From the NCBI GenBank assembly GCA_964229575.1, contig CAXRES010000059.1, forward strand, positions 1 through 49,647: DNA of 49,647 nucleotides, read 5' to 3'. The position numbers were made by a program, and so were the translations under genes. Position 1 is the stretch's first letter, and each line of letters begins with the position of its first letter. Under the pieces are notes generated by a model. It had not been told where the DNA came from and searched no databases. It saw nothing but the letters and a program-made list of their open reading frames with translations. This DNA is from Alphaproteobacteria bacterium. GTDB lineage: Bacteria; Pseudomonadota; Alphaproteobacteria; SMXQ01. Shown here piece after piece: positions 31,853-39,825 of the stretch.

Positions 31853-32568
31853 ACCGGATCGTTCTCCCTCTCGCCGCCGTCGCCGCCCTCGGCCTCGGTC
31901 TCGCCATGCCGCAGGCGCGCGCGGCCGACATGGACGACATGGTGGTCAGCTACTTCGAGGTCGAAAAGCTCGAGCATCGCGCCCGCAAGGGCGCCGATGC
32001 CCGGGTCTGGGACGCCCAGGGCTGGATCGGCACCGACACCGACAAGCTGTGGTTCAAGACCGAAGGCGAAGCACCCGTCCGCGGCAAGGCCGAAAAGATC
32101 GAGACCCAGGCGCTCTACAGCCGCATGATCTCGGACTTCTTCGATTTGCAGGCGGGCCTGCGCCACGACTTCCGCCCCGAACCGGAACGCACCTACGGGG
32201 TCATCGGCCTCAAGGGTATGGCGAAGTACTTCATCGAGACCGATCTCGCGCTCTTCGTCAGCGAGAAGGGCGACGTATCCGCCCGCCTCAAGGCGGAGAC
32301 CGATTTCCTGCTGACCCAGCGCCTGGTGCTGGAACCCTCGGCCGAGATGAACCTCCATGCCCGCGACGTGCCCGAATACGATCAGGGCAAGGGGCTTGGC
32401 GATATCGAACTGGGCCTGCGCCTGCGCTACGAGATCCGCCGCGAATTCGCCCCCTATGTCGGGATCAACTGGCACCGCAAGCTGGGCGAAAGCGCGGTGC
32501 GGGCGCGGGCGGACGGCGAAACCGACAGCGAATTCGCCATCGTCGCCGGCCTGCGGTTCTGGTTCTGA
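31849..32568 (+). CDS. copB: Copper resistance protein B (CopB/PcoB outer-membrane protein), short form
   Basis: ATG 31849 overlaps the copA stop (ATGA). Signal peptide MNRIVLPLAAVAALGLGLAMPQARA. Beta-barrel-like body ends in ...VAGLRFWF. Confidence 0.88.
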   Translation: MNRIVLPLAAVAALGLGLAMPQARAADMDDMVVSYFEVEKLEHRARKGADARVWDAQGWIGTDTDKLWFKTEGEAPVRGKAEKIETQALYSRMISDFFDLQAGLRHDFRPEPERTYGVIGLKGMAKYFIETDLALFVSEKGDVSARLKAETDFLLTQRLVLEPSAEMNLHARDVPEYDQGKGLGDIELGLRLRYEIRREFAPYVGINWHRKLGESAVRARADGETDSEFAIVAGLRFWF

Positions 32569-32591
32569 TCAACGCTTCTTGTTCGGAAATG

Positions 32592-32635
32592 AAAAAACCC
32601 GCCGGTCCCGTTTCGGGGCCGGCGGGCTTGTTTTG
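32592..32635. terminator. Bidirectional intrinsic terminator between copB and the convergent hydrolase gene
   Basis: AAAAAA, then a 13-bp stem cccgccggtcccg (32598-32610) / cggggccggcggg (32614-32626, one G-U pair), then CTTGTTTT. Confidence 0.8.
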
Positions 32636-32646
32636 CGTGACCCGAT

Positions 32647-33285
32647 CTAGTTGATCGTGATCATGTCGCTGCGCGTCAGCATCGTCGCCTTGGCGGTGCC
32701 GGGCGACTTCGTCAGGTAGATCGCCGTGTACTGTTCGGCATAGGCGTCCGACGACATGCCGTCGACCGGCACGATCACCTTGAAGCCGCGCATGGCGGCG
32801 CCCGTCGCGGTGCCGAGCACGGCGCCTTCGGCGGCGGTGCCGACCAGAATGACGGTCTTTACGCCCTTCGACTTGAGGATGTTCTCGAGTTCGGTCTTGT
32901 GGAACTTGTCGACGCTCGCCTTGACGGAGGGCTCGTTGCCGACCGTGGTGACGTCCTTGATGAAGTTGTCGAACGAGCCGGTCGATGTGAAGGCGTAGAC
33001 CACCGGCATGCCCTTGGCGCGGGCGCGCTCCAGCAGCGCCTTCACCTTGGGGATCGAGGCGACGCAGCGCGGCCTGCGTTCCATGTTGCAGCTGTTGGTC
33101 TGCAGGTCCATGACCACCAGCGCGGTGTCCTTGGCGCTCGCCGTGACCTGCTTGAGGGCGGGTGCCTTGGGCGCTTTGGCCTGGCCCCAGTCGGCGATGA
33201 TGTCGGCGGCCTGCGCCGGGCCGGCGGCAAGGGCGAAAGCGACGCCGGCGGCGGCGGCGAAGCGGATGAAAGTCGTGAGGATCAT
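32647..33285 (-). CDS. Secreted isochorismatase/cysteine-hydrolase-fold protein
   Basis: ATG 33285 follows GGGAG. Signal peptide MILTTFIRFAAAAGVAFALAAGPAQA. LVVMDLQ and VILVGTAAEGAVLGTA fit the isochorismatase fold by eye. The usual nucleophile Cys position appears to be Ala. Confidence 0.65.
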   Translation of the reverse strand: MILTTFIRFAAAAGVAFALAAGPAQAADIIADWGQAKAPKAPALKQVTASAKDTALVVMDLQTNSCNMERRPRCVASIPKVKALLERARAKGMPVVYAFTSTGSFDNFIKDVTTVGNEPSVKASVDKFHKTELENILKSKGVKTVILVGTAAEGAVLGTATGAAMRGFKVIVPVDGMSSDAYAEQYTAIYLTKSPGTAKATMLTRSDMITIN

Positions 33286-33499
33286 GACGGCTCCCTGAAA
33301 GTTGTCCGGTCCGTGGCGGACCGATGCGCGATGGGGCCATGACCGCCCGGCAGCGTCAAGGGGCGAGCTGATTTTCCATAAGTATTTCACGCAGATAACG
33401 CGCGGTCGCGTGGTCCGCCGTGGCCGGCGGAATCCGCTGGCGGCGAGGGGACTTAGGATGTACGAGGGGAACCCCGGTCCGGAGTTCCCCGGAGTTTCC

Positions 33500-34267
33500 A
33501 TGTCCGAATCCTTCCTTGGCGTTCCCGCCACCAGCGAGTGGCTTTTCGCGGCCTTCGTCGGCGCCTCCGTCGCCGCCGCCTGGATCGGCATCGTCGCCGG
33601 CGCGGCCGGCGGGCTGATCCTGATCGGCCTGCTCGCCATGGTCTATCCGCCTTCGGTCTTCGTGCCGATCCATACCTTCGTGCAGCTGGGCAACGGGGCG
33701 GGGCGCACCGCGATGATGTGGCGCTACGTGCTGCGCGGCACGCTGCTGCCATTCGGCATCGGCGCCGTCATCGGCGCGGCGGCGGGCGCCAAGATCTTCG
33801 TCGCGCTGCCGACGGCGATCCTGCAAGGGCTTCTCGGCGTGTTCATGCTGCTGGTGACGTGGATGCCGAACATGGGGCGCGTCGGCTCGGAAGGGCGGCG
33901 CTTCGGCGTGCTCGGCTTCGTCGCCACCTTCGTCGGCGTGTTCGTTTCGGCGACCGGGGTGCTGGTGGCGCCCTTCGTCGCCTCGGCCAGTCCGGACCGG
34001 CGCAATCACGTCTCGACGCTCGCCGCCCTGATGACGCTGGTCCACGTCTGCAAGCTCGCGGCCTTCAGCGTGCTCGGCTTCGCCATGTGGCCCTACGCGC
34101 CCCTGATCGTCGCCATGATCGCGGGCGCGCTCGCCGGCAACTGGCTGGGGGGCATCACGCTCGACCGCATGAAGGAGCGCGACTTCCGCCTGATCTTCAA
34201 GCTGGTGCTGACGGCGCTGGCGCTGCGCCTCGTCTGGGTCGCGGCGAAAAGCCAGGGGTGGGTGTGA
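33500..34267 (+). CDS. TSUP family (TauE/SafE-like) anion exporter
   Basis: Polytopic membrane protein with Gly-rich helices (IVAGAAGGLILIGLL, IGAVIGAAAGAKIF). ATG 33500 follows GGAG. ATG 33458 is an alternative start. Confidence 0.7.
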   Translation: MSESFLGVPATSEWLFAAFVGASVAAAWIGIVAGAAGGLILIGLLAMVYPPSVFVPIHTFVQLGNGAGRTAMMWRYVLRGTLLPFGIGAVIGAAAGAKIFVALPTAILQGLLGVFMLLVTWMPNMGRVGSEGRRFGVLGFVATFVGVFVSATGVLVAPFVASASPDRRNHVSTLAALMTLVHVCKLAAFSVLGFAMWPYAPLIVAMIAGALAGNWLGGITLDRMKERDFRLIFKLVLTALALRLVWVAAKSQGWV

Positions 34268-34282
34268 CGGGGGGGGCGGGCC

Positions 34283-34314
34283 GGACCGTCTTCCGGTCAC
34301 AATCCGGAAGTTTC
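34283..34314 (+). terminator. Possible terminator hairpin after the TSUP gene
   Basis: cttccgg (34290-34296) / ccggaag (34304-34310), followed by tttc. The stem is short, so the call is weak. Confidence 0.35.
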
Positions 34315-34362
34315 AGACGAATACGCTTCCACGCGAACAAGAATCCCGCGTGGCATCACGAT

Positions 34363-35550
34363 TCATTTCCACTGATCGCCGGGCATTATCCGGCGCATGA
34401 ACGCATCGAAGAGCGGAACGGTGAAGGCCGTATCGCCGTGACTGGGACTCCAGATCATGCCTTTTGCGATCAACTGATTGCGGGTCGGGCCCAGCGTCCT
34501 GACGTCTCTTTCGAGCTGATCGGCGATATCGCCCGAACGATGCGGCCCCGGCCCGAGTTCCGCCATGGCCCGGAGATATTTCTTTTCCGACGGGGTCAAC
34601 CGGTCGAACCGGACGCGGAAGAAACTTTCATCCAGGGCTGCGATGGCGGCGGTCGAGGCGCGCTCGACGTCGTCCAGGGTTATCGGAGATGTCCGGGCCG
34701 TTTCCCATGCGTGTTTTCCCCATTCCTGGAGGAAATAGGGATAGCCGCGCGTTTCGTCAAAAATACGTTGCAACGCATCGTCCGTGATTTCCACCCCTTC
34801 GTCGCGCGCGGGCTTGGCGATCGCGGTGAATGCGGCTTCGCGCGAAAGCGGCCCGACTTGCGGGAATTCGAACAGCCTTTCGGCATAAGATTTCGCCCGG
34901 CCCATCCGTCCCGGCAATTGCGGCAGGCCCGCGCCCACGAGGACGACGGGCAATCCCCGCTGCGCCGTGCGATGCAGCGCGGTAATCAGCGCCGCCAGTT
35001 CATCTTCCGCGACGTACTGAAGTTCGTCGACGAACATGGCGAGCGCCGTTCCGGCTTCCCGGGCGGCTATGCCCGTCACTTCCAGCAGGGCCTGCAAATC
35101 GTGTTCGAGGTCGCCGTTGTCCGCCAGTCCGGGTTCCGGGTCGAAGTCGAACCCCACCTCGATGTCCGCATATTTTACCTTGAGAGCCTTGGCGAATCCG
35201 GCCAGCCCGCGCAGGGCGCGTTGAGCGACCTCTCGTGCCTTGGCGATATGCGAGAGTCGCAGCAACGCCTGGCGTAACTGCGGGGCCAATATGGCCGGAA
35301 GCGAACGGCTTTCGGGCGCTTCCACGCGGATCGTGTGGATGCCGGACGCTTCCGCGTCGTCGCGCATCCGGTCGAGCAGGACGGTCTTGCCGACGCCGCG
35401 CAGGCCGGTCATGAGGACGCTTTTCGTGGGACGGCCCGCGCGCACCCGCTCCAACGCGATCCGGATGAGTTCCCGCAATTCGTCGCGTCCGGCGAGTTCG
35501 GGCGGAGGCGTGCCGGCGCCGGGCGCGTAGGGATTTTTGACCGGGTCCAT
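34363..35550 (-). CDS. Orphan AAA+ ATPase (AAA_16 / archaeal-ATPase-like) with C-terminal winged-helix region
   Basis: 395 aa. N-terminus NPYAPGAGTPPPELAGRDELREL, then Walker A GLRGVGKT and Walker B FVDELQ. The C-terminus LTPSEKKYLRAMAELGP...IADQL looks like a wHTH. G+C is visibly lower than in the neighbours. Confidence 0.75.
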   Translation of the reverse strand: MDPVKNPYAPGAGTPPPELAGRDELRELIRIALERVRAGRPTKSVLMTGLRGVGKTVLLDRMRDDAEASGIHTIRVEAPESRSLPAILAPQLRQALLRLSHIAKAREVAQRALRGLAGFAKALKVKYADIEVGFDFDPEPGLADNGDLEHDLQALLEVTGIAAREAGTALAMFVDELQYVAEDELAALITALHRTAQRGLPVVLVGAGLPQLPGRMGRAKSYAERLFEFPQVGPLSREAAFTAIAKPARDEGVEITDDALQRIFDETRGYPYFLQEWGKHAWETARTSPITLDDVERASTAAIAALDESFFRVRFDRLTPSEKKYLRAMAELGPGPHRSGDIADQLERDVRTLGPTRNQLIAKGMIWSPSHGDTAFTVPLFDAFMRRIMPGDQWK

Positions 35551-35625
35551 GTCGGAAAATTATATTAAGTTTAGTCAGTTTACAAATATTTTATAAACTA
35601 CATAAACTCATAATAAACGGGCCTT
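35551..35625 (-). promoter_or_regulatory. Strongly AT-rich promoter/operator region of the ATPase gene
   Basis: On the minus strand, TATAAT (35559-35564) lies 8 nt from the ATG, so the mRNA is predicted to be leaderless or nearly so. A near-palindrome GTTTACAAATATTTTATAAAC sits at 35578-35598. Three ATAAAC direct repeats lie at 35593, 35602 and 35613. Confidence 0.5.
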
Positions 35626-35768
35626 TGCCGGGCGCCGTTGATTCGAACCATGTCACTGATTTTGAATAATACTTCCGTACCGAAATCAACGCCGGGTCGC
35701 CTGTCGCCGGGGCATCGCCTCCGGCCTCATACGGGAGTGGGGTCACACACCCACGCCGCCTTGGCGGC

Positions 35769-36485
35769 TCAGGTCCACGCCGCCTTCGCGGCGAACAGGA
35801 TGCCGAGCGTGGCGTGGGCGACGATCGAGTTCCACAGCGAGCCCGAGCGCAGGAACAGCAGGCCGAAGGCAAGGGCGTAGACGAAGCCGAGCGCCATGTT
35901 GGCGTATTGCCCCGCCTGGTAGAAAAGCCCGGCGAACAGCAGCGAGGTGATGAACAGCCCGGCCTGCTGGCCGAAGCGGCCGACGAAGAAATTGAGCAGC
36001 ACGCCGCGGAAATAGATTTCCAGCGTGATCGGCCGCACCAGCCCGAACAGCACGAAGATCGAGACCAGCCCGACCTGGGTCGTAAGCCCGCTCGCGAACT
36101 GGGTGCGGATGGTTTCGATGATGCCAAGCCGCAGCAGCGCGTCGGCGCGTTCCGCAAAAAAGAACAGCACGGCGCCCACGGCGACGCTGATCAGCACCCA
36201 GCGCGCCGTTGGCGCGGCGAAGCCGATGATCGCCCAGCGACGCGGCGTGCGCCAAGCCAGCACATAGCCGGTGGCGACGATGACGCTGAGGAGAAGCACA
36301 AGGAACAGCCACAGGAACTTCTTGACCGGGTCCTTGCCCTCCGGCCCGAGCGCGGGGTCGAGCTGGATCAGGATGGCGCCGAGCAGCACGGCAAACAGCG
36401 CGGTCAGGAACGTGATTCCGACCACGTTGCGCAGCGAAACCCGGTAATCGACCGGAAGGGCGGGCAGTGGCTTGAAGGCGATCAT
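35769..36485 (-). CDS. CPBP family intramembrane glutamic endopeptidase (CAAX protease / Abi-like)
   Basis: ATG 36485 follows GGGAGAGA. 238 aa and polytopic. Has motifs LEIYFRG (EExxxR-like) and NSIVAHA (FxxxH-like). Confidence 0.75.
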   Translation of the reverse strand: MIAFKPLPALPVDYRVSLRNVVGITFLTALFAVLLGAILIQLDPALGPEGKDPVKKFLWLFLVLLLSVIVATGYVLAWRTPRRWAIIGFAAPTARWVLISVAVGAVLFFFAERADALLRLGIIETIRTQFASGLTTQVGLVSIFVLFGLVRPITLEIYFRGVLLNFFVGRFGQQAGLFITSLLFAGLFYQAGQYANMALGFVYALAFGLLFLRSGSLWNSIVAHATLGILFAAKAAWT

Positions 36486-36537
36486 GTAAACGTCTCTCCC
36501 TGCGCGGCGCCGGTTGCGTTGCCGCGCACGCCCGGTT

Positions 36538-37083
36538 TTAGGCCGTTTCACCCAGCGCGCGCAACAGAAGCCTGAGCGCGGCCGCCACCGCCTGGGCGCG
36601 CACCGCCGCGCGGTCGCCCGCGAAAACGTGGCGTTCGTGCAGCGTCGCGCCATTCGTCCGCGCCACCGCGACATGGACGAGGCCGACGGGCTTGTGTGCG
36701 CTTCCGCCGCCGCGCCCAGCGCGGCTACTCGCAACGAAGGCGGCTTCGCCGCCGCCCGGCCCGGCGATGCCGGTGACGGAGACGGCCACCGTCACGCGTG
36801 CGGCGCGAAGGGCGCCCTCCGCCATCGCGCGCGCCACTTCTTCGCTGACCGCGCCGTGGCGGGCGATCAGGCCCGCTTCGACGCCGAGCATTTCGGTCTT
36901 GGCCTCGTTCGCGTAGGTGACGAAGCCGCGCATGAACACGTGCGAGGCGCCGGACACCTCCGTGATCGCGCCGCCGATCAGCCCGCCGGTGCAGGATTCG
37001 GCCGTCGCGATGGCGGCGCCCGTGGCGCGTGCCGCGGCGACCACGCGCCCCGCAAGCGCCAGGGTGTCGTCAGAGAAATACAC
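36538..37083 (-). CDS. CinA-family nicotinamide-nucleotide amidohydrolase (PncC-like)
   Basis: Has the ATAESCTGGLIGGAIT motif. GTG 37083 (VYFSDDTL) overlaps the pgpA end by 14 nt. Confidence 0.82.
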   Translation of the reverse strand: MYFSDDTLALAGRVVAAARATGAAIATAESCTGGLIGGAITEVSGASHVFMRGFVTYANEAKTEMLGVEAGLIARHGAVSEEVARAMAEGALRAARVTVAVSVTGIAGPGGGEAAFVASSRAGRGGGSAHKPVGLVHVAVARTNGATLHERHVFAGDRAAVRAQAVAAALRLLLRALGETA

Positions 37084-37591
37084 TTGGCTTGCCCAGGATG
37101 AAGAAATAGAGGCTGACCATCGCCGCCGCATAGAGCCCGGCGGCGATGTCGTCGGCGATCACGCCCGCGCCGCCCGGCAGGCGTTCGAGCGCCCGGCACG
37201 GCCACGGCTTCATAACGTCGAAGATGCGAAACAGCACGAAGGACAGGGCGAAGGCCACGGGGTCGAGCCCGGCGGGGGCCGCGGCGATGAACTGGCCCGC
37301 GACTTCGTCGATGACGATTTCGCCCGGGTCCTTGATCGGGCTTTTCGCCAGATAGACCTTGCACGCCCACAGGCCGAGCGCGGCGGCGAGTATCCCGGCC
37401 GCCGCCACCGCCCAGGGGCCGAAGCGTTCGGCCAGCACCCAGGCCACGGGCAGCGTGGCGAGCGCGCCCCAGGTGCCGGGCATCTTCGGCAGCAGGCCGG
37501 TGCCGAACCAGGTGGCGACGAGCGTCGCCGGATGCCAGAAGGAGACGCCTTCGGGCAGCCCGGCCGAAGGTTTCATCGGGGGCATGGTCAT
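37070..37591 (-). CDS. pgpA: Phosphatidylglycerophosphatase A
   Basis: ATG 37591 lies 1 nt after the ispDF stop. Has TWFGTGLLPKMPGTWG and DEVAGQ...RIFDVMKPWP motifs. Confidence 0.88.
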   Translation of the reverse strand: MTMPPMKPSAGLPEGVSFWHPATLVATWFGTGLLPKMPGTWGALATLPVAWVLAERFGPWAVAAAGILAAALGLWACKVYLAKSPIKDPGEIVIDEVAGQFIAAAPAGLDPVAFALSFVLFRIFDVMKPWPCRALERLPGGAGVIADDIAAGLYAAAMVSLYFFILGKPSVFL

Positions 37592-37592
37592 G

Positions 37593-38780
37593 TCACGCCC
37601 CGCCGATCGCGACGGTGGCGACGGCCTGCGCGGCGATGCCTTCGCCGCGGCCCATGGCGCCGAGTTTTTCCGTCGTCGTCGCCTTGACGCTGACGCGGGC
37701 TGCGTCGATACCGAGGATGGCGGCGATGCGGGCGCGCATGGCGTCGCGCTGCGGCGCGATCTTCGGCGCTTCGCAGACGATGGTGATGTCGATATGGACG
37801 ATGCGCCCGCCCGCGCGCTCGACGATCTCGGCGGCGTGGCGCAGGAAGATCGCCGAATCGGCGTTCTTCCATTTCGCCTCCGACGGCGGGAAGTGATCGC
37901 CGATGTCGCCCGCCGCCACGGCGCCGAGCAGCGCGTCGGTCGCCGCGTGCAGCGCCACGTCGGCGTCCGAATGTCCGGCAAGGCCTCGGCCGTGCGCGAT
38001 GTCGATGCCGCCGAGCCGCACCGGGCCGGGCTTGGACGCGTCGAAGGCGTGTACGTCGAAGCCGAAGCCGGTGCGCGTCTCGGCGGCGGAGCCGGCGGCG
38101 AGGATGGCGCGCGTGCGCGCCAGGTCGTCGTCGGTGGTGATCTTGATGTTGGCTTCGGAGCCGGCCACCAGCGCCACCTCGATCCCGGCGAAACCGGCGA
38201 TGGCGGCGTCGTCGGTGAATTCGTCGTGGCTCTCGCGTTCGGCGCGCCGGTGCGCATCGAGGATGGCGGCGAAGCGGAAGCCCTGCGGCGTCTGGGCGCG
38301 GAACACGCCCTCGCGCGGGGTGGCTCCGGTGACGATGCCGCCCGTGCCGAGCTTGAGGGTGTCGGTGACGGCGAGCGCCGGGATGGCCGCATCGAACTCG
38401 TCGAGCGCGCCGAGGACGCGGTCGATCAGCGCGCCGTCGACCAGAGGCCGCGCCGCGTCATGGATGAGGACCCTGGCCGGCGCGGCGTCGCCCAGGCTTT
38501 CGAGCCCGAGGCGCACCGAGTCCTGCCTGCGACGTCCGCCAAGCACGGGCTGGGCCAGCCCGAGCCCCTGCGTGGCACGCTCGTAAAGGTCGCGGTCGTC
38601 GCCGTGGATGACCACGCGCACCGTCGAAACGCGCGGGTGGGCGGCGAAGGCCGCCGCGGCGCGCGCCAGCACGCTCCAGCGGCCGAGCGGGAGATACTGC
38701 TTGGGCGTTCCGGAACCGAACCGGCTGCCGCGTCCGGCGGCGACGATCAGGGCGGCGGTGTCTCTGGCCGGCGCGCTCAT
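37593..38780 (-). CDS. ispDF: Bifunctional IspD/IspF (MEP cytidylyltransferase / MEcPP synthase)
   Basis: 395 aa. The N-terminal IspD half has AAGRGSRFG. The C-terminal IspF half has GFGFDVHAF and HSDADVALHA. Confidence 0.93.
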   Translation of the reverse strand: MSAPARDTAALIVAAGRGSRFGSGTPKQYLPLGRWSVLARAAAAFAAHPRVSTVRVVIHGDDRDLYERATQGLGLAQPVLGGRRRQDSVRLGLESLGDAAPARVLIHDAARPLVDGALIDRVLGALDEFDAAIPALAVTDTLKLGTGGIVTGATPREGVFRAQTPQGFRFAAILDAHRRAERESHDEFTDDAAIAGFAGIEVALVAGSEANIKITTDDDLARTRAILAAGSAAETRTGFGFDVHAFDASKPGPVRLGGIDIAHGRGLAGHSDADVALHAATDALLGAVAAGDIGDHFPPSEAKWKNADSAIFLRHAAEIVERAGGRIVHIDITIVCEAPKIAPQRDAMRARIAAILGIDAARVSVKATTTEKLGAMGRGEGIAAQAVATVAIGGA

Positions 38781-38929
38781 CGGGGCAGCGGCGCCCGCCG
38801 GGAACGGAAAGGGTGGGGGGTCATCATTGCGGCAGCCTAATCGCGGCGGGCGGCCGTGCCAAGTGCCGCGCCGGACGGCCCCACAAGCCGCGCTTGCCGC
38901 CGTGCCTGCGATGCTATACTCCGGCCCAT

Positions 38930-39742
38930 ATGGTTCTCCTTGCCCTCAATATCGCCGCCCTGGCGGCGCTTGCCGCATTTGCGCTCGCCCAGTTCGCCAG
39001 CGCCGCATCCGGCGCGGGCGGGCAAATCCGCTTCTGGGCCGGTCTCCTGGTGGCGCTGGCCGGAACCGGGGTGGTGGCGTGGACGGACTTTGCCGCCGGC
39101 TGGCGGCCCGGCCTGGCGCCGGCCCTGTGGCTGACCGTGGCGGCGACGCTGGCACTTTACGCGCTGGGATCCCTGCGCTGCGCGGCGCTGGCGCGGATCG
39201 GGGCGCTGCTCGGTCCTTATCTTTTCATCCTGGGCGCGCTTGCCACGATCTGGGCCCATGCCCCGAGGGCGGCGGAGGCGGGCGGCGCGGGCGGGCCCTG
39301 GCTCGGCCTGCATATTGCCATTTCGGTCACGACCTATGCCCTGTTCACGCTCGCCGCCGTGGCCGGTGCCGCCGTCTTCGTGCAGGAACGCGCCATGAAG
39401 GCGCGAAGGCCCACGCGCCTGACGGCGCTGCTGCCGGCCGTGGCCGACGGCGAATCCGTCCAGCGCGTGCTCATGCTGATGGCGGCCGTGGTTCTCGGCC
39501 TCGGCCTGGCGAGCGGCATGGCCATCGAATGGGTCGAGAGCAGGCGCCTCATGGCGCTCAACCACAAGACGGTGTTTTCGCTCGTCGCCTTCGCCGTCAT
39601 CGTCGCTCTGATCGCCGTCGACAGGGCACGCGGGCTGGCCGGGCGGCGCGCCGCGCGGCTGATGCTGCTGGCCTACCTGTTCCTGACGCTCGCCTATCCC
39701 GGGGTGAAGTTCGTCACGGAAATCGTTCTCGGGCGCGGCTGA
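38930..39742 (+). CDS. Cytochrome c assembly family membrane protein (CcsA/YpjD-like)
   Basis: ATG 38930. Polytopic, with HIAISVTTYALFTLAAV and FVQERAMK segments resembling YpjD-type proteins. Confidence 0.65.
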   Translation: MVLLALNIAALAALAAFALAQFASAASGAGGQIRFWAGLLVALAGTGVVAWTDFAAGWRPGLAPALWLTVAATLALYALGSLRCAALARIGALLGPYLFILGALATIWAHAPRAAEAGGAGGPWLGLHIAISVTTYALFTLAAVAGAAVFVQERAMKARRPTRLTALLPAVADGESVQRVLMLMAAVVLGLGLASGMAIEWVESRRLMALNHKTVFSLVAFAVIVALIAVDRARGLAGRRAARLMLLAYLFLTLAYPGVKFVTEIVLGRG

Positions 39743-39825
39743 CTAGCCGTCGGAAACTATTGCGGCGCCGCGCCCCGGCGGTTATGTTGCACTAGTTTTA
39801 ATCACCAAACTTTCATGATTAAAAA

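Noticed and set aside
35630-35655. A tRNA or tRNA-derived att remnant. The minus strand reads GGTTCGAATC, which looks like a T-loop.
   Set aside because: The flanking bases do not form a T-stem (3 of 5 pairs). No acceptor or anticodon arms can be folded. It may be chance or a very decayed remnant.
27893-36537. Mobile-element genes or flanking direct repeats that would define the copper/accessory region as a genomic island.
   Set aside because: No integrase, transposase, relaxase, IS ends or matching direct repeats could be found by eye. Island status remains an inference from gene content and composition only.
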